DNA from: Candidatus Saccharimonadales bacterium
GTDB lineage: Bacteria > Patescibacteriota > UBA1384 > 2-12-FULL-50-11
Direction of reading: 5' to 3'
Length of the DNA stretch: 64,000 nucleotides
Assembly (NCBI GenBank): GCA_035480235.1
Contig: DATIHX010000003.1
Span: forward strand, 21,514-85,513
Of this stretch, positions 51,129-60,427 are shown one piece after another. Both the position numbers and the translations under genes were made by a program. How positions within the stretch are numbered: the stretch's first letter is position 1; every line of letters begins with the position of its first letter. The notes below the pieces were generated by a model that saw nothing but the letters and a program-made list of their open reading frames with translations, had not been told where the DNA came from and made no database searches.

Positions 51129-51156
51129 GAAAAAGCGGGCACGTCGTTGTGCCCGC
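51129..51156 (-). terminator. Rho-independent terminator of the small Arg-rich gene
   Basis: GCGGGCAC (51135..51142) pairs with GTGCCCGC (51149..51156). A T-run follows on the minus strand. Confidence 0.75.
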
Positions 51157-51161
51157 CAGGC

Positions 51162-51398
51162 TCAGAACTCCGGGTAGTCCTCGTACCCGTCGTGTTCGAT
51201 GTCGTGCCGTAGCCGGTGTTGCTCGCGTTCGAGCTGAAGCGGACCCGGCCTTCGCCGCCGCCACGAGCCGAAGAGGCGTGGTTTCGGCTTCCTTATCTCG
51301 ATGGTGGTATTCCCCTTCATCTGCTCGCAGAGTTTGACGTTTCTCCGTGACTCCCGGCGGCTGAAGCGACGACGATCGGCTCGAGTAATGGTGGCCAT
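51162..51398 (-). CDS. Small Arg-rich hypothetical protein (78 aa)
   Basis: ATG at 51398 preceded by GGGAGA. MATITRADRRRFSRRESRRN... with an acidic C-terminus. Has its own terminator. Confidence 0.45.
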   Translation of the reverse strand: MATITRADRRRFSRRESRRNVKLCEQMKGNTTIEIRKPKPRLFGSWRRRRPGPLQLEREQHRLRHDIEHDGYEDYPEF

Positions 51399-51512
51399 AA
51401 TATTTCTCCCGAAAAGTACGCTGGTTTTTAACCAGGTGAGAATAATTATGCGATTCTCTATTGACAGTGTCAAGGCCTTTTCAGGTTGAGATGCGGTATA
51501 CTAGCAATAACG

Positions 51513-52421
51513 ATGGAGTCATTCTTTCAGACCGATGCCTGGGGCGCGTTCAAAGAGAAGCCTGGCTGGTTGCCAAAGCGCTACGACGGCTTGCTGGGTT
51601 TGTGGCGGCAACTGCCGCTGGGCCAGTCGATTCTCTACTTCCCTGAGCTGCCGGTGGACGGAAAAACAGCGACTCGCCTGAAAAAAGTGATCGCCGACCT
51701 GCCACCGAACGGCCAAACCTTCGCTCGCTTCGAGTTTTTAGGTGAATGGCAACCAGCGTTGGCCGCCGCGCTATTAAAACTCGGGCTGAAAAAGTCGTTT
51801 GAAGAGGTGCAGCCGGAGCACCGGCAGTGGGTCGACGTAGGGCCTAGTGAAGAAAAAATCCTGGAGCAAATGAAGCCGAAGGGGCGTTACAACATCCGTT
51901 TAGCCGAGAAGCATAATTTGAAGATTGAGCGGGGGACGTCGCCGGAGCTGGTTCGGCGCTTTAGCAAGCTTTACGCCAATACCGCCCAAAACCAGAAATT
52001 TGCCGGCCGCGACGAGGATTATTTTCAGGATTTGGTGAAGGTTTTGAAGGCCGAGGGGGCGGGCGAGGTGATGGTAGTCAAAAAGGGCAGCGAAGATTTG
52101 GCGGCGGGCGTTTTTCTCTATTTTGGCGGCATCAATAGCTATCTTTACGGCGGCTCGGGCGGCGACCGGAGCTTGATGGCCCCGTATTTACTGCACTGGG
52201 AGGCGATCAAAACGGCCAAAAAGAAAGGCTTGGCGATTTACGATTTGTTAGCGATCGCCCCACCCGACCAACCAAACCATCCGTACGCCAACCTCACCCG
52301 CTTCAAATCCCAATTCGGTGGCCGATCGGTTCGCTTACTCGGCTCCTGGGACTTGGTCTCGAGGCCTTTCTGGTATAGACTGTACCAGTTAGCGGAAACG
52401 CGCCGGCGAGGGAATTTATAA
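51513..52421 (+). CDS. FemAB-family peptidoglycan interpeptide-bridge aminoacyltransferase
   Basis: MESFFQTDAWGAFKE...KPKGRYNIRLAEK...FLYFGGINSYLYGGS. Start/stop is coupled to murE at 52421. Confidence 0.7.
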   Translation: MESFFQTDAWGAFKEKPGWLPKRYDGLLGLWRQLPLGQSILYFPELPVDGKTATRLKKVIADLPPNGQTFARFEFLGEWQPALAAALLKLGLKKSFEEVQPEHRQWVDVGPSEEKILEQMKPKGRYNIRLAEKHNLKIERGTSPELVRRFSKLYANTAQNQKFAGRDEDYFQDLVKVLKAEGAGEVMVVKKGSEDLAAGVFLYFGGINSYLYGGSGGDRSLMAPYLLHWEAIKTAKKKGLAIYDLLAIAPPDQPNHPYANLTRFKSQFGGRSVRLLGSWDLVSRPFWYRLYQLAETRRRGNL

Positions 52422-53788
52422 TGAAAAATTATCTCAAAAAGCTCTTCCCCCAATCCACTATTAATAAATGGCATCTTTTTAACGCTGTCCTGGCGAGTTG
52501 GCGATATGGTCAACCAGGCAAAAAACTCCGCATGATTGGCGTCACCGGCACCAACGGCAAAACCACGACCGCGCACCTGATTACCGCCGTTTTAGAAGCG
52601 GCTAGCCGGAAAGTGGGCATGACAACGACCGTCGATTTTAAGATCGGCGGCTCATTAGTTGAGAACAACCTCAAGATGACCACCGTTAACCCGTGGCTGT
52701 TACAGAAACTCTTGAAGCAAATGGTTGAGGCCGGTTGCGACGACGCGGTGATTGAAGTCACCTCAATCGCCTTGGACCAACACCGTTTATGGGGCTTGAA
52801 ATGGCACGCGGTAGTTTTCACTAACCTCACTCACGACCATTTGGATTACCACGGCAATATGACCGATTACCGGCTGGCTAAAGAAAAACTTTTTGCCAGC
52901 CGCCCAGCGCTTTCAGTGGTGAACGCCGACGACCCGGCTGGAACAAGTTTTGAAAAATACCCCGCCAACCGAACGGTTACCTACGGCGTGAGAAACAACG
53001 CCTCAGTGATGGCTAAAAAACTCTACCAACGACCTGGCGGGACAGACTTTGTGCTGCTGGTCGGCGGTCGCCAAGCTAGCCTCAGCCTGCCGCTACCGGG
53101 TGAGTTTAACGTCTACAACGCCCTGGCGGCCGCCTCGGTGGGCCTGGGCTTAGGCATTCCGCTCGAGACTGTTATTATGGGCCTGCGCTCGGTGGCTGCC
53201 GTTCCGGGGCGCATGGAAGTAGTTGACGCTGGCCAAGGCTTTACCGTGATTGTGGATTACGCCCACACGCCTGACGCGCTGCAAAAAGTCTACGAGACCG
53301 TCAAACCGACCGTTCGCGGCAAATTAATCGTTGTCTTCGGCGCCACCGGCCGCCGCGATAAAGCCAAGCGGCCGCTGATGGGGGCTTTGGCCGGTCGCTT
53401 TGCCGATTTCGCCATTTTAACCAGCGACGACTCTTACGACGAAGACCCTTATAGAATTATTGATGAAGTGGCCGCTGGCGTTCCCCGCGGCCGACCGAAA
53501 AAAGGCCGCTACAAGGTGAAACACGCGGGCGAAGAAGACGGTGACGTTAGCTTCAAATACAAAGAAACCGGCGAAGATTTGTGGTGGTGGCGGATCCCCG
53601 ACCGGCGCGAAGCCATTAGCAAAGCCCTCTCGATGGCTCGGCCGCAGGACGCCGTGTTGGTTCTCGGCAAAGGCGCTGAAAAAGTGATGGTCGTCGGTGA
53701 CCCGCACTCCTCCAAGGGCTATAAATTTATTCCCTGGTCAGATCGGGCAGTCTTGGAAGAGCTGCTGGTCAAATACCAAGTGAAGTAA
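52421..53788 (+). CDS. murE: Mur ligase, MurE-like UDP-MurNAc-tripeptide synthetase
   Basis: GVTGTNGKTTTAHLI, EVTSIALDQHR, FTNLTHDHLDYHG, DYAHTPDAL. Carries a charged C-terminal insertion (PKKGRYKVKHAGEEDGD...). Confidence 0.8.
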   Translation: MKNYLKKLFPQSTINKWHLFNAVLASWRYGQPGKKLRMIGVTGTNGKTTTAHLITAVLEAASRKVGMTTTVDFKIGGSLVENNLKMTTVNPWLLQKLLKQMVEAGCDDAVIEVTSIALDQHRLWGLKWHAVVFTNLTHDHLDYHGNMTDYRLAKEKLFASRPALSVVNADDPAGTSFEKYPANRTVTYGVRNNASVMAKKLYQRPGGTDFVLLVGGRQASLSLPLPGEFNVYNALAAASVGLGLGIPLETVIMGLRSVAAVPGRMEVVDAGQGFTVIVDYAHTPDALQKVYETVKPTVRGKLIVVFGATGRRDKAKRPLMGALAGRFADFAILTSDDSYDEDPYRIIDEVAAGVPRGRPKKGRYKVKHAGEEDGDVSFKYKETGEDLWWWRIPDRREAISKALSMARPQDAVLVLGKGAEKVMVVGDPHSSKGYKFIPWSDRAVLEELLVKYQVK

Positions 53789-53817
53789 TTGACTTTTGGA
53801 CGATTTACGGGTAATAT
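53789..53817 (+). promoter_or_regulatory. Sigma-70-type promoter (TTGACT, 17-nt spacer, TAATAT)
   Basis: TTGACTTTTGGACGATTTACGGGTAATAT. About 23/30 identity with the promoter at 49387. Confidence 0.6.
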
Positions 53818-53857
53818 TCTTTCAGCAAGCAACGGGCTTGAAGGAGAGGTGAGTGAA

Positions 53858-54115
53858 GTGAAACGAGTCAGGTTCTTTAGCACTAGTATTAGTGGTAGCG
53901 ATGCGGCTACGGAGGCAGCAGTAGAAGCCTTTAATAAGAAGGTCGACGATTGGGTCAATTCTAATCTGGAACGTGAATCCTTTAAGCTTGACCAGATCGA
54001 CTGGCAAACTCGTCCCAACGGCGGCCGCAGTTACGGCTACAACCTGACCGCCTGCGCCCATTACGTCGACGAATCCTTAGATTCGGACATCCGAACAGGT
54101 ATTCCAAGAATCTAA
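53858..54115 (+). CDS. Small hypothetical protein (about 85 aa)
   Basis: GTG at 53858, 10 nt after AAGGAGAG (53841..53848). Has its own promoter and terminator. The TTG start in the ORF track is the -35 box. Confidence 0.5.
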   Translation: MKRVRFFSTSISGSDAATEAAVEAFNKKVDDWVNSNLERESFKLDQIDWQTRPNGGRSYGYNLTACAHYVDESLDSDIRTGIPRI

Positions 54116-54134
54116 CAACTAGCTGGGACCGATA

Positions 54135-54159
54135 CCTCGCATTCACAGCGAGGTTTTTT
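54135..54159 (+). terminator. Rho-independent terminator
   Basis: CCTCGC (54135..54140), ATTCACA loop, GCGAGG (54148..54153), then TTTTTT. Confidence 0.8.
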
Positions 54160-54176
54160 CTTACCAAACCTGTTAT

Positions 54177-54256
54177 ATCCCTACTCTTGCCAGAAAGCCT
54201 AGAGTAGGGATAAGTTCTTAACAGAATGTCTTATGGTCAGCTTCTCTGTTAAGAAC
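54177..54256 (+). other. Two consecutive perfect hairpins directly upstream of polA
   Basis: ATCCCTACTCT (54177..54187) pairs with AGAGTAGGGAT (54201..54211). GTTCTTAACAG (54214..54224) pairs with CTGTTAAGAAC (54246..54256). Confidence 0.7.
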
Positions 54257-54269
54257 TATACTGGTAAAA

Positions 54270-56966
54270 ATGTCCAAGGCGATGCCAAAGATTTTACTAC
54301 TTGATTCGAACGCCCTGATTCACCGGTCGTACCACGCGTTGCCACCGCTGACCTCGCCCAAAGGCGAGCAGGTCAACGCCGTTTTTGGCTTTGCGTCATC
54401 ACTTTTAAAGGCGATCAAAGACGAAAAACCGGATTACGTGGTGGCCTGTTTTGACGTCGGTGGCGACCGCGGCACCTTCCGGAGCGAAATGTACCCCGAG
54501 TACAAAGCCCACCGAAAGGAAAGCGACGAGTCGCTCTACTCGCAAATCCCGCGGGTCAAAGAAATTGTGGAAGTGCTGAATATTCCGCTCTTTGCCCAAC
54601 AAGGTTTTGAGGCTGATGACCTGATCGGTTCGCTGGCCCAAATCGCTAAGAAAAAAGGCCTCCAAACGGTAATTGTGACCGGTGACAACGACGCGTTGCA
54701 GCTGGTGGGCGACTCGGTGACGGTTTACTCCTTGCGCCGCGGCGTCACTGACACCCTTACTTACAACCGCAACGCCGTTAAAGAAAAACTCGGCATTTAC
54801 CCCGAGCAAGTGGTGGATTACAAAGCTCTGGCTGGCGATTCCTCGGACAATATTCCTGGCGCCCCCGGCATCGGCCCGAAAACGGCGGTGGATTGGCTGA
54901 ATAAATACGAAAACCTCGACGGTGTTTACGCTCATTTAGACGAGCTCAAAGACCGGCCGAAGCAGATTCTAGCCGACAACAAAGAGCTGGTTTACCTGTC
55001 GCAGAAACTGGCGACGATCAAAAAGGATATCGATATCGACCTGGATTTGAAAGCGGCCGACGTTAGTAATTTTGACTTTGCCAAAGTTGTTACCCTGTTT
55101 CACGAACTCGATTTCAAATCGTTGCTGGCAAAATTGCCCCAAAACACCAACGGCAGCCAGGCTTCACTTTTTGATTCGCCCGACCAGAAAAACCTCGAGG
55201 AAAAGATTGTTCCCCAACTGCCGTTTGAAGCGGTGACGACCAAAGAACGCTGGTTACAGCTAAAAACACTACTACTGGAGCAAGAAAAGCTGGTGATCGA
55301 CACCGAAACCGTCGACTTTGACCAAGAACTGATCGGTGTTGGTATCGCTTGGGGGCCGAACGACGCCGCTTACCTGCCGGTGACGCCGGCCTATTCTGAG
55401 GGTTTGCCGCTTGATGATGTCCGGGCTGATCTGAACGAAATTCTCGGCGATCCCGATCGCAAAATCATTGGTCATAACATTAAATTCGACATCCACGCCT
55501 TAAACATGGCTGGTATAAGCGTAAAGAACGTTTGGTTCGACACGATGATCGCTTCGCAACTGGTTCACTCGCAATTATTTAGCCACGGCCTAGACGCCCT
55601 GGCCTTTAGCGAGCTCGGGTTCAAAAAAATCCCAACCGTTCAATTACTCGGCAAGAAATCTAATAAAATGACCAGCATCCCGCTCCAAGACTTGGCGGCC
55701 TATTGTTGCGAAGACGTGCTGATTACTTGGCGCTTGTTTGAAAAACTCTACCCCGAAACCCAGGAAAAAGACGCCAAGCGGGTGTTTTACGAAATTGAGA
55801 TGCCGCTTTTACCCGTCTTGGTCAAGATGGAAGCGCGCGGCATCGAGTTGGACGGGCCGTATTTGGAAAAGCTCGGCGTCAAACTGAAAGCCGAACTGAA
55901 GAAAATCGAGGCCAGGGTTATTAAGGCCGCCGGCCAGGAATTTAATATTGCCTCGCCAGCCCAACTCCAAAAAATCCTCTTCGAGAAACTGAATTTGCCG
56001 GTGATCGGCATTAAAAAAACCTTGAGCGGTTACTCTACCGATGCCGATTCGCTCGGGAAACTGAAAGGTAAGCACCCGATCGTGGACGACGTTATTCAAT
56101 ATCGCGAAATGGCCAAGCTCCTGAACACCTACGTGGAGACGCTACCGAAGCAAGTCGATAAAAATAGCCGGCTGCACACTTCGTATATGCAACTCGGCGC
56201 CGCCACCGGCCGGCTGGCTTCCACTAACCCAAACCTGCAAAATATCCCGATCAAAACTGAGCTGGGCAACGAAGTCCGACGAGCCTTTGTGGCACCGAAG
56301 GGCAAGGTGCTGCTGGGCGCCGACTACTCGCAAATCGAGCTGCGGATTTTGGCCCATTTATCTGAGGACCCGGACTTGATTGCCGCTTTTCATAAGGGAG
56401 ATGACTTTCACGCAGCAGTGGCCGAACAATTAAAGGTGGACCGCCGGGCGGCTAAAGCCATTAACTTCGGCATTATTTATGGCCTCGGCCCGAACGCTCT
56501 GGCTAACGATTTAGGCATCACCAATATCGAAGCCAAAGAATTTATCGACGTCTATTTCAAGAATTTCCCCGGCGTGGCCTCTTTTATAGAAAAGATGAAG
56601 CGCCAAGCCCGCGAGCAGGGTTTTGTGAGCACGATGTTCGGGCGCAAACGCTATCTGCCAGACATTCACTCGCCCAATATGATGATGCGCTCCGGCGCCG
56701 AGCGAATGGCCGTCAACATGCCGTGCCAAGGCACCGTGGCCGATTTAATGAAACTGGCGATGGTGGAGATTGACCGGCAGTTGCCGGAAGCGCTGATGCT
56801 GTTGCAGATTCACGACGAGCTATTGTTTGAAGTCGATTCCCCCGGCGTCGAAGCTCTGGCCAGCAAAATTCAGGAAATTATGAACGGCGTGGTAGAGCTA
56901 AAAGTCCCGTTACTAGTTGACGTTAAAGCCGGCCCGAATTGGGCGGATATGACCGAAATTAAGTAA
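54270..56966 (+). CDS. polA: DNA polymerase I (5'-3' exonuclease, 3'-5' exonuclease-like and polymerase domains)
   Basis: 898 aa. N-terminal ILLLDSNALIHRSYHA. Polymerase motifs DYSQIELRILAH, RRAAKAINFGIIYG and QIHDELLFE. Confidence 0.95.
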   Translation: MSKAMPKILLLDSNALIHRSYHALPPLTSPKGEQVNAVFGFASSLLKAIKDEKPDYVVACFDVGGDRGTFRSEMYPEYKAHRKESDESLYSQIPRVKEIVEVLNIPLFAQQGFEADDLIGSLAQIAKKKGLQTVIVTGDNDALQLVGDSVTVYSLRRGVTDTLTYNRNAVKEKLGIYPEQVVDYKALAGDSSDNIPGAPGIGPKTAVDWLNKYENLDGVYAHLDELKDRPKQILADNKELVYLSQKLATIKKDIDIDLDLKAADVSNFDFAKVVTLFHELDFKSLLAKLPQNTNGSQASLFDSPDQKNLEEKIVPQLPFEAVTTKERWLQLKTLLLEQEKLVIDTETVDFDQELIGVGIAWGPNDAAYLPVTPAYSEGLPLDDVRADLNEILGDPDRKIIGHNIKFDIHALNMAGISVKNVWFDTMIASQLVHSQLFSHGLDALAFSELGFKKIPTVQLLGKKSNKMTSIPLQDLAAYCCEDVLITWRLFEKLYPETQEKDAKRVFYEIEMPLLPVLVKMEARGIELDGPYLEKLGVKLKAELKKIEARVIKAAGQEFNIASPAQLQKILFEKLNLPVIGIKKTLSGYSTDADSLGKLKGKHPIVDDVIQYREMAKLLNTYVETLPKQVDKNSRLHTSYMQLGAATGRLASTNPNLQNIPIKTELGNEVRRAFVAPKGKVLLGADYSQIELRILAHLSEDPDLIAAFHKGDDFHAAVAEQLKVDRRAAKAINFGIIYGLGPNALANDLGITNIEAKEFIDVYFKNFPGVASFIEKMKRQAREQGFVSTMFGRKRYLPDIHSPNMMMRSGAERMAVNMPCQGTVADLMKLAMVEIDRQLPEALMLLQIHDELLFEVDSPGVEALASKIQEIMNGVVELKVPLLVDVKAGPNWADMTEIK

Positions 56967-57056
56967 TTTTTTACTCGACAAAAACTGGCCGGCGAAGTAC
57001 GGTAAGCCCATGCTATCTGCGAGCCAAAGCCGAGAAGTAAAAATGAGCGAAGCGAA

Positions 57057-57917
57057 ATGTTAATCTACGTTACTGGCAGCGACGCTTATCTGGCGAAACA
57101 GGCGATCGACCAATTAAAGGCCAAATATTTAGCTAAAAACGACGGCGCTGAGCTGATTGAAATTAACGCCGATGAAACGTTACCAAACTTCGCCGACTTG
57201 CAGGCGGTGCCGCTCTTTGCCACTTCGCGACTGGCGATTATTAAAAAGGTGGGCGTGCTTGATGGCGCAACGCAAGACAGTTTGGCCAGCGTTTTAGGCA
57301 GTTTGCCGCCAACCACCGTCGCCGCGGTCTGGGACCAGAAACCGCTCGCGGCTAAATCAGCGTTAGCGACAACGCTAAGCGGGGCAGCGAAAAAAATTGT
57401 CGCCGAAGCTTTAGACGAACCGGCCACCCGCCGCTGGATTCGAGCCCGCTCCCAAGAGCTCGGCCTGCAACTGGACGAGGCAGTTGTGAGTAGTTTGTTA
57501 AGCGCCGGTGGCAACGACCTCTGGTTTTTGGAAACCGAGTTACGATTCTTGGCGACGACAGCGGGTGGAAAAAACGACGACCGGCCCCGCCAAACCGCCA
57601 GACCCGACGATTATTTTGTTTACTACCGCTTGGTGCGCCAAAAAGCTTGGGCAAAAATCGGCCGGCAGTTGGCCGCGGATTTTCAGGGCGGTACGCCGTT
57701 TGAATTGCTGCTCGGCAGCCTGGCCGCCGCCGTCCGCAAAGAAGCCGTCGACCAGCCCGAGAATCGGCCGGTAGTGGAGCTGCTGGGCGATGTCGATTTC
57801 GGCACTAAAACCGGCTTGCTTGAGCCCGGCGCCGCGATCGCCCTGCTGGCCCACCGCCTTTCCAACCCGGCCGGTAACCGGGTACACTGGGAAGCGATGT
57901 GGGAGGGGTTAGTTTGA
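57057..57917 (+). CDS. holA: DNA polymerase III delta subunit-like
   Basis: 286 aa. The N-terminal MLIYVTGSDAYLAKQAIDQLKAKY... pattern is typical of short HolA proteins. Confidence 0.55.
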   Translation: MLIYVTGSDAYLAKQAIDQLKAKYLAKNDGAELIEINADETLPNFADLQAVPLFATSRLAIIKKVGVLDGATQDSLASVLGSLPPTTVAAVWDQKPLAAKSALATTLSGAAKKIVAEALDEPATRRWIRARSQELGLQLDEAVVSSLLSAGGNDLWFLETELRFLATTAGGKNDDRPRQTARPDDYFVYYRLVRQKAWAKIGRQLAADFQGGTPFELLLGSLAAAVRKEAVDQPENRPVVELLGDVDFGTKTGLLEPGAAIALLAHRLSNPAGNRVHWEAMWEGLV

Positions 57918-59407
57918 AAAAACATCAGTCGAATTGGCATGAGTTATTCTCTACTGTCCAGCTCAGTAAAAAGAGCCTGGGTTTTTTCGTCGCAGTCGCT
58001 TTGGTGGCTGGCGGGTTGTATTACCTCTGGCACTCGCCGCTTTTGGCTGAGGCGCCGATTAACCCGACGGGTACTGGAGTGGCGCCGAACGTCATCGACA
58101 TCACCCTGAAAAGCAACGGTAATTTGTATCTAGGATCGGTCAAATTGCCGGCCGAGATTTTTAAAGGCTTCAACACCTACCGCTACCGTTACCAAGTTAT
58201 CAACCAGCCCACCGATTTCATCGACCAATTAGTGGTTGACGTGACGCTGCCCCAAGCCGGCACCGAGCAAACCGTCGGCCACGCTTTGGTGAGTAATGGC
58301 GGCGCTAGCGAAGTGAACAGCCAGCTCATTAACCCGACGACGGTCGAGTTCACGGCGCTGGGGATCTCTAACCAAGCCCAATTGGCAATCGAGCTGGAAG
58401 TGCCGCAGAGCTTCGTTCAACAATCGTTTTTATTCCAGGCTCAGCAGTATCTGGCCGAGCTCCCGACCACGATTTGGCTGGGGATCTCGATTGGTTTGCC
58501 ACTCCTCACGGTTTTACTTTTGTTATTTGTGGGCCTGGGCCGGAACCGCAACGTGCCGACGCCAACCGCTCAAGCCATCGAATTACCGAGCCGCCTGCCG
58601 CCAGCGATCTTGGGGATTCTCTGGAAGGGCCGGCTGACCAGCCGCGAACTAGCAGCGACGCTCCTAGATCTGGCCAGACGGGGCCATTTGATTATTCGGC
58701 AGGTCTCGGCCGACGATTTTCGTTTTCGTCTCCTGTCGGGCGGCGATACCTTAAACGACTACGAACAGTCACTGATCGAGCAGATTTTTGGCGCTGATGC
58801 CGATAGAGCCAATACCGAAGAAATCAGCTTCGGTCTGGCCCAAGAAGTCTTCAGTAAACGGGTTTCGCAGGCCTTTTTGCTCGCTTACAAGAAAGTCAGC
58901 GATCTTGGGTATTTTTATACTAATCCGTTGGCCCTCCACCGCCGCTACCAAATCATTGGTATTCTTTTGTTTATTCTCGGGGCAGCCGGCTTCGGCGCCA
59001 ATTTGTTATTTATCACCACTGTTCGCTACAGTCTCTTCTTTTGGGTGGGGATGATGGCAGCGGCATTAGCCGTAACCTATTTGGCTAAATCGCTGCCGGT
59101 CCGGACCGTTTACGGCGACCGGGAGATCGGCCGCTGGCTGGCTTTCCGCAGCTACTTAACTGCCAAAGAGCCGATTAACTATGTCGCTCACAGCCAGGAG
59201 CAGTTTCTGGCCTACCTCCCCTACGCCGTCGTTTTGGACGTGGAACGCGAGTGGACGCGCCGCTTTTTCCACTTGCCGTTTGCTCAGCCTTCGTGGTACG
59301 TAGCGCCAAACGTTAGCACCATTGACGACTTTACGAACCAGATTTTCCCGCTTTTTGGCTACCTGTCGCACGCTTTAGCGCTGACGGCCCAACCAGCAGC
59401 GCAATAG
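57899..59407 (+). CDS. DUF2207-like membrane protein
   Basis: N-terminal TM helix, a roughly 170-aa extracytoplasmic domain, then TM plus RELAATLLDLARRGHLIIRQV and C-terminal TM helices. Confidence 0.55.
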   Translation: MGGVSLKKHQSNWHELFSTVQLSKKSLGFFVAVALVAGGLYYLWHSPLLAEAPINPTGTGVAPNVIDITLKSNGNLYLGSVKLPAEIFKGFNTYRYRYQVINQPTDFIDQLVVDVTLPQAGTEQTVGHALVSNGGASEVNSQLINPTTVEFTALGISNQAQLAIELEVPQSFVQQSFLFQAQQYLAELPTTIWLGISIGLPLLTVLLLLFVGLGRNRNVPTPTAQAIELPSRLPPAILGILWKGRLTSRELAATLLDLARRGHLIIRQVSADDFRFRLLSGGDTLNDYEQSLIEQIFGADADRANTEEISFGLAQEVFSKRVSQAFLLAYKKVSDLGYFYTNPLALHRRYQIIGILLFILGAAGFGANLLFITTVRYSLFFWVGMMAAALAVTYLAKSLPVRTVYGDREIGRWLAFRSYLTAKEPINYVAHSQEQFLAYLPYAVVLDVEREWTRRFFHLPFAQPSWYVAPNVSTIDDFTNQIFPLFGYLSHALALTAQPAAQ

Positions 59408-59467
59408 CGAAAAATTCCAAAACTCAAGCACCGAATACCAAACAAATAACAATTACTAAATCTTAAA
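59408..59467. repeat. Left flank of the four-helix-bundle gene, resembling the left arm of the intergenic element
   Basis: AAAATTCCAAAACTCAAGCACCGAATACCAAACAAATAACAATTACTAAATCTTAAAC contains CCAAAx/CTAAAT-type repeats like those at 30233..30278. Confidence 0.45.
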
Positions 59468-59812
59468 CTACTTTTCAGAACTAGTAATAATTGCCGAGAA
59501 TATTTTTATCAATTCGGTTGCTTCACGAATTAATTTGCTGGGGTCTGCTGAAGATTGACTATTACTTTCCAAGAGCTCAAGCCAGTATCGACTTTCTCGG
59601 GCCTCTTTACGAGAAATTTTCAGTCGCATAATGAAATCTTTCTTACTTAGCGACTCATTTGCTTCAATGTAATTCGCCCCAATAGAGCCTGATGAGCGAA
59701 CCAGCTGTTTACTATCCTCGTTGACCGTTGCAGATTTTGTTAGCTCATTACAGAAAATCCTCACATCTTTTGCGAACTTCATCGTGCGCTCCTCAAGGTC
59801 GTATCGTTTCAT
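59468..59812 (-). CDS. Four-helix-bundle protein (23S rRNA intervening-sequence protein family-like)
   Basis: 114 aa. MKRYDLEERTMKFAKDVRIFC...GSIGANYIEANESLSKKDFIMRLKISRKEARESRYWLELL. Confidence 0.75.
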   Translation of the reverse strand: MKRYDLEERTMKFAKDVRIFCNELTKSATVNEDSKQLVRSSGSIGANYIEANESLSKKDFIMRLKISRKEARESRYWLELLESNSQSSADPSKLIREATELIKIFSAIITSSEK

Positions 59813-59869
59813 AGGTTTGATACTCGGAATTTATGATTTGTTTGTTTTTTGTTATTTGGAGCTTGGTAT
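59813..59869. repeat. Right flank of the four-helix-bundle gene, resembling the right arm of the intergenic element
   Basis: ...GATTTGTTTGTTTTTTGTTATTTGGAGCTTGGTATTTAGTAAG. GAGCTTGGTATTTAG matches GAGCTTCGAATTTAG (30321..30335) at 12/15 positions. Confidence 0.45.
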
Positions 59870-60427
59870 TTAGTAAGTTACGTGATTAATATAACTTAGC
59901 TTGCCCAGCGGCCAGACGATAAAGCTAATTCGGCCTTGAATGTCGCTGGCTTGAACGGGGCCCCAAAGGCGGGAGTCGCTGGAACCCGGCCGGTTGTCGC
60001 CGCAGAGGAAGTATTCTTTACTGCCTAGCTTTAGGTTGGTGACTTCCTGGTACGGCGGGGCGGCAATGATCGGCCCGTAGGCGCTTTCATCAAGAATCTG
60101 GCCGTTGACGGTAATAACGCCGGCCTTAGCGCTAACGGTATCGCCGGGTAAGCCGATTACCCGTTTAATCAGCCGGGTGTGGCTGGCATCGGCCGGGAAT
60201 TTGGCGGCTACCACGTCGCCACGCTGGAGTTTTGAGGCGTTAAAGTTGACGCGTTGAACCAGCACTAGTTCGCCGGTGGCGAAATTGGGGTCCATGCTGT
60301 GGCCGTCTACCGGTAGTGGCACGCCCAAAAAGACGATCGCCATCACGGCCAGCACAATTAAAACCGCCGCCACCTTAATGAGGTTGAAGAAGTTAATTAA
60401 CCCACTCGAAAAACGTGAACCGGGCAT
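59870..60427 (-). CDS. lepB: Signal peptidase I
   Basis: VDGHSMDPNF (catalytic Ser), RGDVV, KRVIGLPGD (catalytic Lys), GDNRPGSSDSR. Confidence 0.9.
   Translation of the reverse strand: MPGSRFSSGLINFFNLIKVAAVLIVLAVMAIVFLGVPLPVDGHSMDPNFATGELVLVQRVNFNASKLQRGDVVAAKFPADASHTRLIKRVIGLPGDTVSAKAGVITVNGQILDESAYGPIIAAPPYQEVTNLKLGSKEYFLCGDNRPGSSDSRLWGPVQASDIQGRISFIVWPLGKLSYINHVTY

Noticed and set aside
51461-51502. TTGACA at 51461 paired with TATACT at 51497 as a promoter for the femAB-like gene.
   Set aside because: The spacer is 30 nt, far from the 16-18 nt optimum. The TATACT may still be a -10 box, but the pairing is not credible.
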